64,000 nucleotides of DNA from Deltaproteobacteria bacterium (GTDB lineage Bacteria > Desulfobacterota > Dissulfuribacteria > Dissulfuribacterales > QOAL01): contig WGBG01000180.1 in the NCBI GenBank assembly GCA_015494395.1, positions 10,329 through 74,328 on the forward strand, read 5' to 3'. Below, piece after piece: positions 38,114 through 48,106 of the stretch. A program made the translations under genes and the position numbers. The notes under the pieces are model-generated. The model did not search any database. It saw only the letters and a program-made list of their open reading frames with translations, and was not told the DNA's origin. Each line of letters starts with the position of its first letter. The stretch's first letter is position 1.

Positions 38114-38989
38114 ATGCTTTTATCAGGCAATACAGGTTATCGAAAAGTTTTTCTGGCAGTTTTTGTAGCCATATTCATACAGCTTTCTTCGTGCCCGTGC
38201 GTTGCTGACGACGGCCAAATGCGCTCGTGTCAGGAATTGCCCGTTTTGATTTTTGAGGCTACAAGGACAGGGGTGCATCTCTCTGTAACTGTTGAGCCTC
38301 TGGCACCCGGCAAATCACTTTTCAGTAACATGGCCGGTTTTTCAGATGTTTTGTTTGAGTCAGATTTAATTACTCCTCAAATCAGGAGATTGCCAGCGAT
38401 ATATATAAAACGGGTTCTGGAAGGGTTCCTTGTGCCTGATATGGTATCAGAACGTATTGTGTGGTTTGTGCCTGAGACTATGGAGGCTGTGTCGCGGCTC
38501 CGCTGGAAAAGTAACCGTCCTGAAGTATTGAAGGTGTACAGATGGGAAGAGGGAGGGGTAAGAAGATGGAAGATTAAGAAAGACCCCAAGACCGGGAATG
38601 TGGTAAGGGTTAAGGAAGAATTTTATGATTTTATCAAACAGAAAGAGACGTGCAGCAGGGTTTCTGACCCTGCCCTTCTTCCTTATATGGTATCCCTCTG
38701 TGGAGTAAGTGCGGGTAATAAATTTGAGCCTTCCATCTGTGTCTTTGGCAAGAAGGCCCTGCATCAGGTTAGTCTGAAGTGTGTTGAAAATAATAAAAAG
38801 CACTGTGTAATCAGTCTGTCTCAGAGAAAAACAGTTGGTTCATCTGAACACTTTTCCATGCTTGGACTTGAAGACGATATCTTGATACAGGTAGATGAAA
38901 CCTCCAGGCTGCCGGTAATTATCAAGGGAAATAATGCCGTTGCCGGTGATGTTACGCTTAGGCTTACGCAGGTATCCTGGCAGAAGTAA
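38114..38989 (+). CDS. hypothetical secreted protein
   Basis: From ATG 38114 (GGAG upstream) the N-terminus MLLSGNTGYRKVFLAVFVAIFIQLSSCPCVA looks like a signal peptide. I recognise no family. Confidence 0.45.
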   Translation: MLLSGNTGYRKVFLAVFVAIFIQLSSCPCVADDGQMRSCQELPVLIFEATRTGVHLSVTVEPLAPGKSLFSNMAGFSDVLFESDLITPQIRRLPAIYIKRVLEGFLVPDMVSERIVWFVPETMEAVSRLRWKSNRPEVLKVYRWEEGGVRRWKIKKDPKTGNVVRVKEEFYDFIKQKETCSRVSDPALLPYMVSLCGVSAGNKFEPSICVFGKKALHQVSLKCVENNKKHCVISLSQRKTVGSSEHFSMLGLEDDILIQVDETSRLPVIIKGNNAVAGDVTLRLTQVSWQK

Positions 38990-39001
38990 GCTGTATCACG
39001 C

Positions 39002-39220
39002 GTAACTGTTCAGCGTACTTAAAAGGTTGGTAAATGCCCTTGTTTTCCGTTCCAGAGAACAATTTCTTGTTTTTCTAAGGCTTGCTTAAGCCAAAATCGC
39101 GAAACTCGCTCGTGCCTCCCTCAGACATACGCGATTTTATGGCTGCGCTTCGCCAAGAAAAACTACGAAATTGTTCAAAGTCACTCCAAAATAAGACCAT
39201 TTACCACGCAGAATAGATAC
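39002..39220 (-). mobile_element. family A MITE, full length (A4)
   Basis: Reverse orientation: GTAACTGTTCAGCG..GGTAAATGCCCTTGTTTT...AAAATAAGACCATTTACCACGCAGAATAGATAC. The flanking 8-mers match at only 5 of 8. Confidence 0.8.
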
Positions 39221-39228
39221 CATCATAC

Positions 39229-40035
39229 TTAAGTTTTTTCAGAACAGCGCCTGGAAATTTCGTCCACCATCTCAAGGTCAGCAGGTGTATCCACGTCAAC
39301 TGCAGCCTCTGGCCAGGGCATTATAACAACATCTGCCCTGCATCCAAGGCATGACGATATGCGCTTAAGCCCCTCTTTCAAGGTGAGTATTCCAAAAATA
39401 TATTTAAATGCTGCAAGCCATCCAAAGGAGTTCACCACGTAAAGCGGTTTTTTGCGTTTTGCCTCAACACTTTGCCAGAATTGTGCAGCATTACCAGCTT
39501 TGGGCGTAAGGAATCCGAAGAGATTACAGGAGCAGAAACCGCCGTCCTTTAGTTTGTACACAGTGCGCCGGGTCCTTGGAAATGCCTGGTTGACTTTATC
39601 AGCTCTTGCAAGGGCTGCTGTTACATCACATCCTTTCGCAGCAGATGTGTTACAGAAGTAGTCAATCATTTCAGGGGTTATTAATGCGTGGTCTCCTGTT
39701 GTTACAAGTACAGGCCGGTTGGGATCGCTGTTTTCGGAAAGGTGTTTCATGGCCTGCCATGCACTGCTGCTGGGGGAGATTCCCGGTTCAATCCAGTCAA
39801 TGTTTTCTTGTGCGCAGAGCTTTCCCAAAACATCTGATTTTTCAAATGTGGATCTTTTGGGGCCGCATATAATAATGTTTTCAACAGATTCTGCCTTATC
39901 AAGTGCGGCTGTGACCCTGCTTATCATAGGTACCCCGTTAACAGGTGCCAGGACTTTGCACTCCACTCCTGCTGTCCTTGCAACCGGGTTCTCTGCTTCT
40001 CTGTCTCCTGCCAGTATAATTGCTGAAAATTTCAT
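39229..40035 (-). CDS. MobA-like nucleotidyltransferase family protein
   Basis: N-terminus MKFSAIILAGDRE..KVLAPVNGVPMI is typical of NTP_transf_3 / MobA-like enzymes. Confidence 0.6.
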   Translation of the reverse strand: MKFSAIILAGDREAENPVARTAGVECKVLAPVNGVPMISRVTAALDKAESVENIIICGPKRSTFEKSDVLGKLCAQENIDWIEPGISPSSSAWQAMKHLSENSDPNRPVLVTTGDHALITPEMIDYFCNTSAAKGCDVTAALARADKVNQAFPRTRRTVYKLKDGGFCSCNLFGFLTPKAGNAAQFWQSVEAKRKKPLYVVNSFGWLAAFKYIFGILTLKEGLKRISSCLGCRADVVIMPWPEAAVDVDTPADLEMVDEISRRCSEKT

Positions 40036-40051
40036 GCTGTTAAGCCTGAAT

Positions 40052-41200
40052 TTATGATATCCGTTTTCCGTAAATCCTGTACCGCTTGTACTCCCTTCCC
40101 CCCAGGGATTCTATTATCCTCCTCATGATTGTGTTATCTTCCAGTATCCATGACAGCTCAAGACTCTTTATGCCAAGCTCTCTTACCGCAATGCTTATAT
40201 CACTAAAGAGGTTGTAGGCAAGGGCAGCACCGGTAAGGGTGTCTCTGTATTTCTTTATAACTCCCATGAGAAGAACGCGCCCTGTAGAAGGATGCCTCAC
40301 CTTTAACCTCCAAAGCAGTTTAAGCCACCCGAAGGGCAGCAGCCTTCCATTGAGGTCACAGATGGCTTCATTGATGTTTGGAAGCACCACGATAAATGCA
40401 GCAGGTTCATCATCTATCTCTGCTATTCTTACAAGCCGGTTGTCAGCGATAAATTTCATGGTCTGGCCTATTTCCAGATACTCTTCCCTGGTAAACGGCA
40501 CAAATCCCCAGTTTTCAGACCATGCATCATTGAAAATGCCAAAGATTATATCCATCTCACCGGCAAGTTGTGATCTGTCAATTCCTCTTGTCCGCATGCC
40601 TGTTGCGGTTTTTTCAAGAATACGTGTGATTGCCGGAGGCTGTTCCTGGTCAGTGTCCATTGTGTAGGCAAGAAGGTCCTTTTCTTTTTCATAGCCGCAT
40701 GCTTCAACTGCCTGGGGGTACCACGGTTTTGTATGGGCCATCATCATGGATGGCGGTGTGTCAAAGCCTTCTACAAGCATACCGCACTCCTGATTTATGG
40801 AGAGATTAAACGGTCCCATGACCTTGGTCATTCCCATGTTTTTTAACCAGTCTTCCGCAGTTTTAAGAAGCATGCCCACTGTTTCATCGTTCTTTTCAGC
40901 CTCCAGCATGCCAAAAAAACCTGTGTTTTCACCATAACGGTGGATATAAAGCTCGTCAATTTGAGCACTTATGCGTCCAACAGGCCTTCCTTTCCTGTAG
41001 GCTACCCAGAATTTACATTTGGCATGTCTGAAATATGGATTTTCAGGAGATAGGTGTATTCTCCGCTCTAATTCAAGGGGAGGTATCCACGTGGGATCGT
41101 CCCTGTAAACAGAGTATTGGAGCCTGATAAAATCTGAAAGCAGCCTGGATTTACGTAGATTTGTAATGGGGTTTATTTGCAGGGTTGAGGAGGCTGACAT
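40052..41200 (-). CDS. large GNAT-like acyltransferase of unknown specificity
   Basis: 382 aa. The central and C-terminal regions have an acyl-CoA N-acyltransferase-like pattern (..WVAYRKGRPVGRISAQ.., GFFGMLEA..). The assignment is weak. Confidence 0.45.
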   Translation of the reverse strand: MSASSTLQINPITNLRKSRLLSDFIRLQYSVYRDDPTWIPPLELERRIHLSPENPYFRHAKCKFWVAYRKGRPVGRISAQIDELYIHRYGENTGFFGMLEAEKNDETVGMLLKTAEDWLKNMGMTKVMGPFNLSINQECGMLVEGFDTPPSMMMAHTKPWYPQAVEACGYEKEKDLLAYTMDTDQEQPPAITRILEKTATGMRTRGIDRSQLAGEMDIIFGIFNDAWSENWGFVPFTREEYLEIGQTMKFIADNRLVRIAEIDDEPAAFIVVLPNINEAICDLNGRLLPFGWLKLLWRLKVRHPSTGRVLLMGVIKKYRDTLTGAALAYNLFSDISIAVRELGIKSLELSWILEDNTIMRRIIESLGGREYKRYRIYGKRIS

Positions 41201-41249
41201 GGTTGTTTTAAGGATTCCTGCTTGTTGCTCAATTCGGGAAAAGTTTAAA

Positions 41250-41457
41250 CCTGGATTGAGCGATTGCCGGATTTGCTACAGATCCGCGAAAGGGGAATTC
41301 CCATAATAGTTGGCTATATGGGAATTCCCCTGACAAAGGAGATGCAGTAAATACGGCAATCCCGAAGGGTTTCAAAATTGGGAAGCTATTATTGACATAA
41401 CTCTTTTTAATATCGGTGAAAAAACAATTTTCCATATTTTGAAACGCTCAATCTAGG
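41250..41457 (+). mobile_element. family B MITE, long variant (B3)
   Basis: TIR is CCTGGATTGAGCG / CGCTCAATCTAGG. 5-bp duplication TTAAA (41245..41249 and 41458..41462). It carries ~70 extra bp, including the hairpin GGGGAATTCCCA-N15-TGGGAATTCCCC (41292..41330). Confidence 0.8.
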
Positions 41458-41468
41458 TTAAAAATGCC

Positions 41469-41547
41469 TTAACTGTTAAGCGTACTAATAATAAAGGTTG
41501 GTAAATGGTCTTGTTTTTACGCTCCGGTTACCACGCTGAATAGATAC
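41469..41547 (-). mobile_element. family A MITE, short hairpin form (A5)
   Basis: ttAACTGTTAAGCG..GGTAAATGGTCTTGTTTTT..CCACGCTGAATAGATAC. The 8-bp flanks AAAATGCC / AAAATACC match at 7 of 8. Confidence 0.7.
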
Positions 41548-41734
41548 AAAATACCAAATGTTACCGGTGGAGTGGACATGCGATAAAAAACAATATATAG
41601 ATTGTGACCGGATTTGCATGGATAGTGAATGCCCTGGCATGGTGATGACAAGCATTAACGTCAACTGTGACCATGAAACCGGCTATGCTAATGTTTAGGT
41701 GAATACAACCATAAAACCGTAGTGGAGTAAACTT

Positions 41735-42502
41735 TTGAAGGCAATAATATTAAGCGCAGGGCAGGGGAAACGCCTTTTGCCCATGACTGCTGACATGCCC
41801 AAGTGTATGCTTGATGTTGGCAGTGGTACTATTCTTGAGTGGCAGATCAATACGCTTCTTGGTATGGGCGTTAATGAAATAGTAATCGTCACCGGTTACG
41901 GGGCATCCAAGGTGGACAGGCTGATATCAGAAACCTATGCTGATAATGGAGTAAGGACTCTTTATAATCCTCATTATGCCACTTCTGACAACCTTGTGAG
42001 CTGCTGGTGGGCAAGCAGTGAGATGGATAAGGATTTCTTGCTGCTTAATGGAGACACGCTGTTTGAGCCTGCTGTGGCCAGTACCCTTATGAACTGTCCG
42101 CCTTCTTCAATAACCATGGCAATAAATGTCAAGGATAACTATGACAGCGATGACATGAAGGTTGTGGTTGATAAGGGGCGGCTTTTACATGTTGGCAAGC
42201 AGCTGCCGGTTGAAAGTGTTGACGGGGAATCAATTGGTTTTATCCGTTTTCTGGGAGAGGGGCCAGATATTTTCAAAAAGGCACTTGCCGAAGCTGTTGA
42301 GAACCCTTCGAGTAAAGGAAGATGGTACCTGTCTGTAATTGACAAGATTGCAGGAGAAATGCCAATAAGTACATGTCCAATCACCGGTTATTCATGGTGT
42401 GAAGTGGATTATCCTGAGGACCTTGATAATGCACGCAGGATGATTGCATCGCTTTCTGTTGCCAAAAAAACTGAGGGCAAGGGCATTTGCCAACCTTATT
42501 AA
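41735..42502 (+). CDS. NTP-transferase domain protein (LicC/IPCT-like cytidylyltransferase candidate)
   Basis: TTG start with GGAG 8 nt upstream. N-terminus is (M)KAIILSAGQGKRLLPMT. The last codons and the stop lie in a family A end fragment. Confidence 0.7.
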   Translation: MKAIILSAGQGKRLLPMTADMPKCMLDVGSGTILEWQINTLLGMGVNEIVIVTGYGASKVDRLISETYADNGVRTLYNPHYATSDNLVSCWWASSEMDKDFLLLNGDTLFEPAVASTLMNCPPSSITMAINVKDNYDSDDMKVVVDKGRLLHVGKQLPVESVDGESIGFIRFLGEGPDIFKKALAEAVENPSSKGRWYLSVIDKIAGEMPISTCPITGYSWCEVDYPEDLDNARRMIASLSVAKKTEGKGICQPY

Positions 42503-42524
42503 GGTGAATGCGCTTAACAGTTAC
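42478..42524 (+). repeat. solo right-end fragment of family A (A11)
   Basis: caagggcatttgccaaccttattaaggtgaatgcgcttaacagttac aligns to the right ends of A2, A3 and A5 (caagaccatttaccaacctt..acgct(g/t)aacagtta). Confidence 0.6.
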
Positions 42525-42681
42525 ATAATTTCTTCTTTATCAATGTTAGTACTTTTCCACGGTAATATTACCCTATCCTGACTTTAGACTTCGCCGGCTC
42601 AGCCTGATATCCGCTAAGCAAAAGACCGGCATCAGTCCGGCATTTTTTCTGAGTATTAGCCTGGCTGCCCATTATAGCGTT

Positions 42682-43746
42682 ATGATTCTTGAACGATATC
42701 TCATCAGGGAGATTGTCAGGCCTGCTGTTGCAACATGTGGTCTGCTGGTATTTATGTTCGGCTGTTACATGGCAACAAGATACTGGGCTGATGCGGCGCA
42801 GGGGGAGCTGCCAGGCTTTACGGTCATGGTCCTTATCCTGCTTCGCGTGGTAATTGCCCTGGAGGTCCTTATTCCCACCACGCTGTTCCTTTCAGTGGTA
42901 ATAGCTCTTAACCGGCTCTACAGAAACTCAGAGATTACAGCCCTTGCCGCCTGTGGCATAGGTCCCGGGCGGATCTTTAAGTCAGTTGCAATTGCCTCAG
43001 CCCTGGCAGCAGCTTTGGTTGCCATTCTATCATTATATATAAGACCCTGGGCCTGGAACCAGTTTTTCACACTAAAGACAGAGGAGAGAGCAAGGTTTGA
43101 TCTTACCCGCATGAAAGGCGGAATCTTTTATGAGATATGGCACGGCAATAGGGTTATGTTTGCCCAGAGTGTGGATCTGCATAACAAAACCGCCAGTAAC
43201 GTATTTATCTATACGAATAAGGATGATGAAAGGGAACTGATCTCAGCCAGCAGTGCCAAACAGTATGCTGGCCCTGATGGAAGGCCGTACCTCATGCTGT
43301 TAAATGGCTGCCAATATGAGTATGCTTATGATGGCAGCCGCTCCATGATGATTGAGTTTGAACGTTCCAGGATGATTCTTGAACCGCCGGTCATAGAGAA
43401 GGAGGACAAGATAAAGGCAGTTCCCCTGCTGCACCTCTTGGGCGGCTCTTCACTTGAAGAAATTGCCGAACTGCAGTGGCGGTTTATAACCCCGCTGTCA
43501 ACCCTGCTCCTTGCCCTCCTTGGTGTGCCGCTTGGGGTTTCAACCCCCAGGCAGACAAAGTCAGCGTCTGTTCCGGTGGCAATTACTGTTTTTGCTCTCT
43601 ACTATCTTTTGGCAGCTCTTCTGAAAAAGTGGGTTGCACAGGGCCAAATACCTTCTGTCCCCGGAATTTGGTGGAGCCAGGTTTTTCTTGTGGTGCTGTT
43701 GGCGCTGTTTCTTAAAAAGACCGGGATGTTCGGTGCTCGTACATGA
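42682..43746 (+). CDS. lptF: LPS export ABC transporter permease
   Basis: YjgP/YjgQ-family N-terminus (MILERYLIREI), 6 TM helices and a periplasmic domain. It is followed by its paralog with an ATGA overlap. Confidence 0.8.
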   Translation: MILERYLIREIVRPAVATCGLLVFMFGCYMATRYWADAAQGELPGFTVMVLILLRVVIALEVLIPTTLFLSVVIALNRLYRNSEITALAACGIGPGRIFKSVAIASALAAALVAILSLYIRPWAWNQFFTLKTEERARFDLTRMKGGIFYEIWHGNRVMFAQSVDLHNKTASNVFIYTNKDDERELISASSAKQYAGPDGRPYLMLLNGCQYEYAYDGSRSMMIEFERSRMILEPPVIEKEDKIKAVPLLHLLGGSSLEEIAELQWRFITPLSTLLLALLGVPLGVSTPRQTKSASVPVAITVFALYYLLAALLKKWVAQGQIPSVPGIWWSQVFLVVLLALFLKKTGMFGART

Positions 43747-44807
43747 AAACCCTGGACCTTTACATAGCAGGATTCTTTTTTAAGGCATTTATTGCAGTGC
43801 TTGCTGTGCCAGGTGTGCTCTTCAGCTTTTTTGAGCTCATGGCCCAGCTTGAGAGTGTAGGGTGCGGCAGTTACACCAATTTCCATGCGTTACTCTACGT
43901 GCTTTATACACTGCCCGGTCGTCTTTCAGACCTTGTTCCAATGGTTGTGCTTCTTGCAGGCATAATTTCACTTGGTGCCCTGTCAGACAGGCATGAACTT
44001 GTGGCAATGCAGGCATCAGGAATGTCTGTTTTAAGAATCAGTATGCCGGTAATGAGTATGTGTCTTGTAATTATGCTCATCTCTTCGCTTGCAGGGGAAA
44101 CAATGATTCCATACCTTGAGAAGAAGGCGCGTAATATGCGTTTCCAGAAGCTTTCAGGAAGGGCAGTGACACCTGTAAGTCATGGTTTCTGGGCAAGATT
44201 CAAGGGTTCTATTATCCACGTGGAAAATGTAGTAAATGATGGCACAGTAAGCGGTATAGAGATATTTGAGTTTACAAGGCCCGGGAAGTTAAGCAGGGTT
44301 ATCAGGGCGCAGAGTGCTGAGATACTGAAGGACAGATGGGTCCTGCACAACGTCACAGGCACCAGCATGATGACCATGAAAAAACACCAGGTCCCGGAGA
44401 TTACCCTGGGGGATTTTCTGAATCCTGAGCAGGTAAGTGCCCTGGAGTTGCCCCCCTCAAGTTTCACAATCCCTGAGCTTATGGGATATATTGACGCCCT
44501 TGAAAAGAGTGGACAGAATCCGGATCATTACTCAATGGCACTGTGGCGCAAACTTGCCAATCCCCTCACCACTGCAGCAATGGCCCTTCTGTCTTTATCA
44601 TTTGTCTTTGGCTCTGTGCGTGAAATTGGAGCAGGGTTCAGGATTGTTGCCGGGGCATTTGCAGGGCTTGCGCTCCACTTTGGGCAGCAGCTTGTGATAA
44701 ACATAGGGACATATCTTGCACTTCCGCCATTTCTGTCAGTGATGATCCCGGTTGTAATTGTCTGGGGGCTGGCAGGGATTACCTGGAGGAATTTAAGGGT
44801 TGGATAA
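43743..44807 (+). CDS. lptG: LPS export ABC transporter permease
   Basis: YjgP/YjgQ family (LDLYIAGFFFKAF..). Same size and architecture as the preceding gene. Confidence 0.8.
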   Translation: MKTLDLYIAGFFFKAFIAVLAVPGVLFSFFELMAQLESVGCGSYTNFHALLYVLYTLPGRLSDLVPMVVLLAGIISLGALSDRHELVAMQASGMSVLRISMPVMSMCLVIMLISSLAGETMIPYLEKKARNMRFQKLSGRAVTPVSHGFWARFKGSIIHVENVVNDGTVSGIEIFEFTRPGKLSRVIRAQSAEILKDRWVLHNVTGTSMMTMKKHQVPEITLGDFLNPEQVSALELPPSSFTIPELMGYIDALEKSGQNPDHYSMALWRKLANPLTTAAMALLSLSFVFGSVREIGAGFRIVAGAFAGLALHFGQQLVINIGTYLALPPFLSVMIPVVIVWGLAGITWRNLRVG

Positions 44808-44845
44808 AAAATGCCCAGACAGGGTGTCGGGCCTGCTGTCCGGGC
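44805..44845 (-). terminator. candidate Rho-independent terminator for the mcp gene
   Basis: GCCCAGACAG (44813..44822) pairs with CTGTCCGGGC (44836..44845) with one mismatch. On the minus strand ATTTTTTA follows. It lies 36 nt after the mcp stop. Confidence 0.5.
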
Positions 44846-44880
44846 GAAATCGACTAATCTGAAATTGGCACCTGGCCGCT

Positions 44881-47256
44881 TTATCCTATGGCAGAGATCT
44901 TGAACCTCCGCAGTGTCTTTTCCATCTCTCTTGCCTTTTTCTCAAGAGCTTCCATGTCAGCAAGAGCAGTTTCCGCACCTTTGGCGTTATTGATTGCAAT
45001 GGCTGCCATCTGATCCATTATCTGGCGCAGGGCAGCGCTTCGTTCACGTTGCTTGGTTGTCCTGGAGGTAATGCCCTCGGAGTTTGTGATAACCTTGTCA
45101 ACAGTCTCCACCGCTGTCTTGGTGGTAAGGGTACTGGAGTTGGCTGCAGCCGCAATGTCATCACTAAGGGCCATGAGTTTTTTAATGGACTCTTCTGCCT
45201 GTTTCCTTCGTTCTGCCTGGCGGTTGGTCATCTGAACAATAGTGGAGGCAAGGTCTTCAAGTTTTGAGGTTGAGTCAAGGAGTCCCTCAACGGATTCTGC
45301 CTCCTGCTGTGTAACTTCTGAAATCTTGAAGGTAACTTCACTGCCTGATTCAACGGTTTCAACAAGTGTTTCAAGTGCATTTGCACTCTCTGCGGCAAGT
45401 TTCATTCCCTGTTCAACATTTTCAGCACTCTCGGCAATAAGGGTTTCAATCTCCCTGGTAGATTCTGCTGTCCTGTCAGCAAGTTTTCTGATTTCCTCGG
45501 CAACTACCGCGAATCCCCGGCCATGTTCCCCTGCCCTTGCAGCCTCAATTGCAGCGTTTAGAGCCAGCAGGTTTGTCTGTTCAGCAATGTCAGAAATAAG
45601 GTCAACAATATCACGAACCTGTTCGGAACTGGTTGCAATTGCCTCCATACCCTTAACAGTCTGTTCCATTGCCTCTCTGCCTTGGCGGGCACTATCCAGG
45701 GTCTCCTTGGCCTGAACCGCTGCTTTCTGGGACTCATCAGCCATCCTCTGGAGTTTTGAAGCCATATCTTTAAGTGATTCTGCTGTCTCCAGTGCTGCCT
45801 CTGACTGTTTGATAGCCGTAGCCTGAACCTGTTTGGCTGTTTCACCCATGTTGGCAACCGTTCCAGCAGCCCATGATGCTCCTTCCTTGTTCTCGGAAGA
45901 GATTTCGGTGATACGTGTTGCTGTCCTTGCCATATCCTGGATGACCTGGGCTGCATCCCTGGCAAGTTTTGCAGAGGAGTCAGCATGTTCTGCAACTTCC
46001 TGGGCGGTCTGACCCATTATTTCAACCCTTTTCTGGACCTCCTGTGCCCTTTTTGCCTGGGATTCTGCATTTGATGTAATGCTGGAGGCAACCTCGTTAA
46101 CGTGCATGCTTGCCTTTGCAAAATCAGCACTGGTCTGGATGAGTTCACGGAAGGTTGACTGCAATGCATCAAGGAAATGGTTTACTGCCTCTGCCATCCT
46201 TCCAATTTCATCATTGCTGGTTGCTTCAATTCGCCTGGTAAGGTCAAGGTCTTCTGCTGTCTGTTTGAGAAGCTGAGATGTCCTTACAATGGGATTAACA
46301 ACATTGGTGTTGATAAAATGGGCAAGAAGCATAAGAAGGAGGAAGATTATACCGTTGCCGATAAATCCGTGCTGAATCACCCCTTCAAGTGAGGCTGCCA
46401 GGTTTGATTCCGGTATTTCAGCAACTGCAACCCATTCAGGGAGAATTACGTTGGACGCGGCTGATAATTTGTAAAATCCGGCAACAGATTCACCCGAAGA
46501 ACCGATTCCCTCCCTGATTCCTTTTGGCTTTTTTTCAGAGCTGATCCACTTTGCATATGCTCTTCCTGAAAGTGCCTGGTCAGCAGATATGACCACCCTT
46601 CCCATACTGTCTGTGATATAAACTGTTCCCTTTTTTGACTTTATCATATTAAGAGTGCGGCCAAGTACAGAACCAAATGCCTCTGGGGCAATGATTCCCA
46701 GCACGGTTCCTGTTCTGATTCCGTTTTCAAAGACAGGCGCTGAGATACCAAAACCCCTCTCCTGCTTGGTTCCAGGCAGAGTGACAGGGCCTGCAAGTGC
46801 TGCCTGTCCCTTGGAAAGGTCAACAAAGCCCCATTCTGCGGGTTTGAAATTTTTTCCTCTAAGCCTGTTCAACCCGGAGGCAACCGAATTTCCCCATTTG
46901 TCAAGGATTACAAAGGCGGTAAAGTCAGCACTCTGTTTTGCCAGGTCCTGCAGAAAACTGTCCTGGGATATATGATCGCCTGTTGGGGCAAGGGCATTAC
47001 GGGTTACATCCAGCAGGGCGATGGTTTTGACCTCCTGTGCCATTGATTCAATATAGGTCTGGAGATTTACAGCAAGCTGTCTTGCCTCTTCCGCCAGGTT
47101 CTTCTCACCTGTTTTTATCAAAATGTTCCGCTGTGCAAAATATATGTAAGCCTGGACCGCAACAACTGCAGCCATAACTATGGAGATCATAATGAGAACT
47201 TTACTCTGAAGTCTCATGCCTTTAAGAAAACTTATGCCTCCCGTTTTGCCTTTCAT
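44881..47256 (-). CDS. methyl-accepting chemotaxis protein (Cache-like sensor, HAMP, MA domain)
   Basis: TM helix, periplasmic domain, TM helix, HAMP, then the conserved signalling hairpin (..[35 protein letters not shown]..). Confidence 0.9.
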   Translation of the reverse strand: MKGKTGGISFLKGMRLQSKVLIMISIVMAAVVAVQAYIYFAQRNILIKTGEKNLAEEARQLAVNLQTYIESMAQEVKTIALLDVTRNALAPTGDHISQDSFLQDLAKQSADFTAFVILDKWGNSVASGLNRLRGKNFKPAEWGFVDLSKGQAALAGPVTLPGTKQERGFGISAPVFENGIRTGTVLGIIAPEAFGSVLGRTLNMIKSKKGTVYITDSMGRVVISADQALSGRAYAKWISSEKKPKGIREGIGSSGESVAGFYKLSAASNVILPEWVAVAEIPESNLAASLEGVIQHGFIGNGIIFLLLMLLAHFINTNVVNPIVRTSQLLKQTAEDLDLTRRIEATSNDEIGRMAEAVNHFLDALQSTFRELIQTSADFAKASMHVNEVASSITSNAESQAKRAQEVQKRVEIMGQTAQEVAEHADSSAKLARDAAQVIQDMARTATRITEISSENKEGASWAAGTVANMGETAKQVQATAIKQSEAALETAESLKDMASKLQRMADESQKAAVQAKETLDSARQGREAMEQTVKGMEAIATSSEQVRDIVDLISDIAEQTNLLALNAAIEAARAGEHGRGFAVVAEEIRKLADRTAESTREIETLIAESAENVEQGMKLAAESANALETLVETVESGSEVTFKISEVTQQEAESVEGLLDSTSKLEDLASTIVQMTNRQAERRKQAEESIKKLMALSDDIAAAANSSTLTTKTAVETVDKVITNSEGITSRTTKQRERSAALRQIMDQMAAIAINNAKGAETALADMEALEKKAREMEKTLRRFKISAIG

Positions 47257-47750
47257 TCCGTAGCCTCCTTAAGATGAGGGAAATTTTTATTTATGTGTTT
47301 CAAAAGTGCTGGTATATCCAGCAGCGGAGTCCTGCTGCCTTCGAATATGGTGATCCCTGAAATGTATTCAGGCGGGATTCCGTGTTTTTCGTCGTCGTCA
47401 GCAGTGGTAAATGATTCAGGCAGAACTGAATGGACTGCAGAAACATTATCAACTGCAAGCCCAAGGGGTGCATCCCTGGTGTCAAGGAGTATGATGCGTG
47501 AGTGATTTTGACTTTTTCTGCCAAAGCAGAGAGCAGATGTGTCCAGAACTGAAATAACCTCTCCCCTTATGTTTACCACCCCTGAGACAAAATCGTTGGC
47601 ATTTGGCACCTGGGTCAGTCTGTGTGCCGTAACTATCTCTCTGATCCAGCTTAGTTCCGAGCCTGCAGTAACACCTGATATGGTAAAAAACAGTATAGGT
47701 ACTGCATAACCTGGCATTTTGCTGCTGGATTCCTGTGCTGACTGTATCAT
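47253..47750 (-). CDS. cheW: chemotaxis coupling protein CheW
   Basis: 165 aa CheW-like domain (..[13 protein letters not shown]..). ATGA overlap with the mcp gene. Confidence 0.85.
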   Translation of the reverse strand: MIQSAQESSSKMPGYAVPILFFTISGVTAGSELSWIREIVTAHRLTQVPNANDFVSGVVNIRGEVISVLDTSALCFGRKSQNHSRIILLDTRDAPLGLAVDNVSAVHSVLPESFTTADDDEKHGIPPEYISGITIFEGSRTPLLDIPALLKHINKNFPHLKEATE

Positions 47751-47909
47751 AGGCTGCTCACGTGTCAGATTTGGCTAACAAACGCATGATGAGGTTTTTA
47801 ACAAGGTCGTCTTGTGTTTAGAGGTTTTGTTAAACAAGCCAAAATTTCAACCAGATAGACTGAAGTAACTGTTTGCCGCAGGCTACAGCTTGAATTTCAT
47901 TATTATTAC

Positions 47910-47936
47910 TTATCGTCCCAGCCACAGGAAACTTTA
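47910..47936 (-). promoter_or_regulatory. sigma-28 (FliA)-type promoter upstream of cheW-mcp
   Basis: The minus strand reads TAAA-N15-GACGATAA, against the consensus TAAA-N15-GCCGATAA (one mismatch, exact spacing). It lies ~160 nt upstream of the cheW ATG. Confidence 0.6.
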
Positions 47937-48106
47937 GCTCATCAGGTGTTTTATATATCTTCCTGCTTTTTAACAAAAAGACAGGATGATTTTGTTTGTC
48001 ACTGATTCTCTGTTCAGGTGCGGTGAAAAAATCCTTTCCTGTACCTCTGTGTTACACTAAGATTAATCATGGCCTTAATGTTTTATCAGCGTGCAGGAGG
48101 CGGCTT

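Noticed and set aside
41292-41330. The GGGGAATTCCCA-N15-TGGGAATTCCCC hairpin, considered as a stand-alone operator or protein-binding palindrome. The 68-aa ORF 41229-41435 covers the same region.
   Set aside because: It is part of the long variant of the family B repeat; a diverged version occurs in the degenerate copy at 13452-13603. The ORF is repeat-internal.
42590-42640. A possible terminator (..gaccggcatcagtccggcatttttt) after the nucleotidyltransferase gene.
   Set aside because: Only a 4-bp CCGG stem can be drawn with confidence. This is too weak to call despite the T-run.
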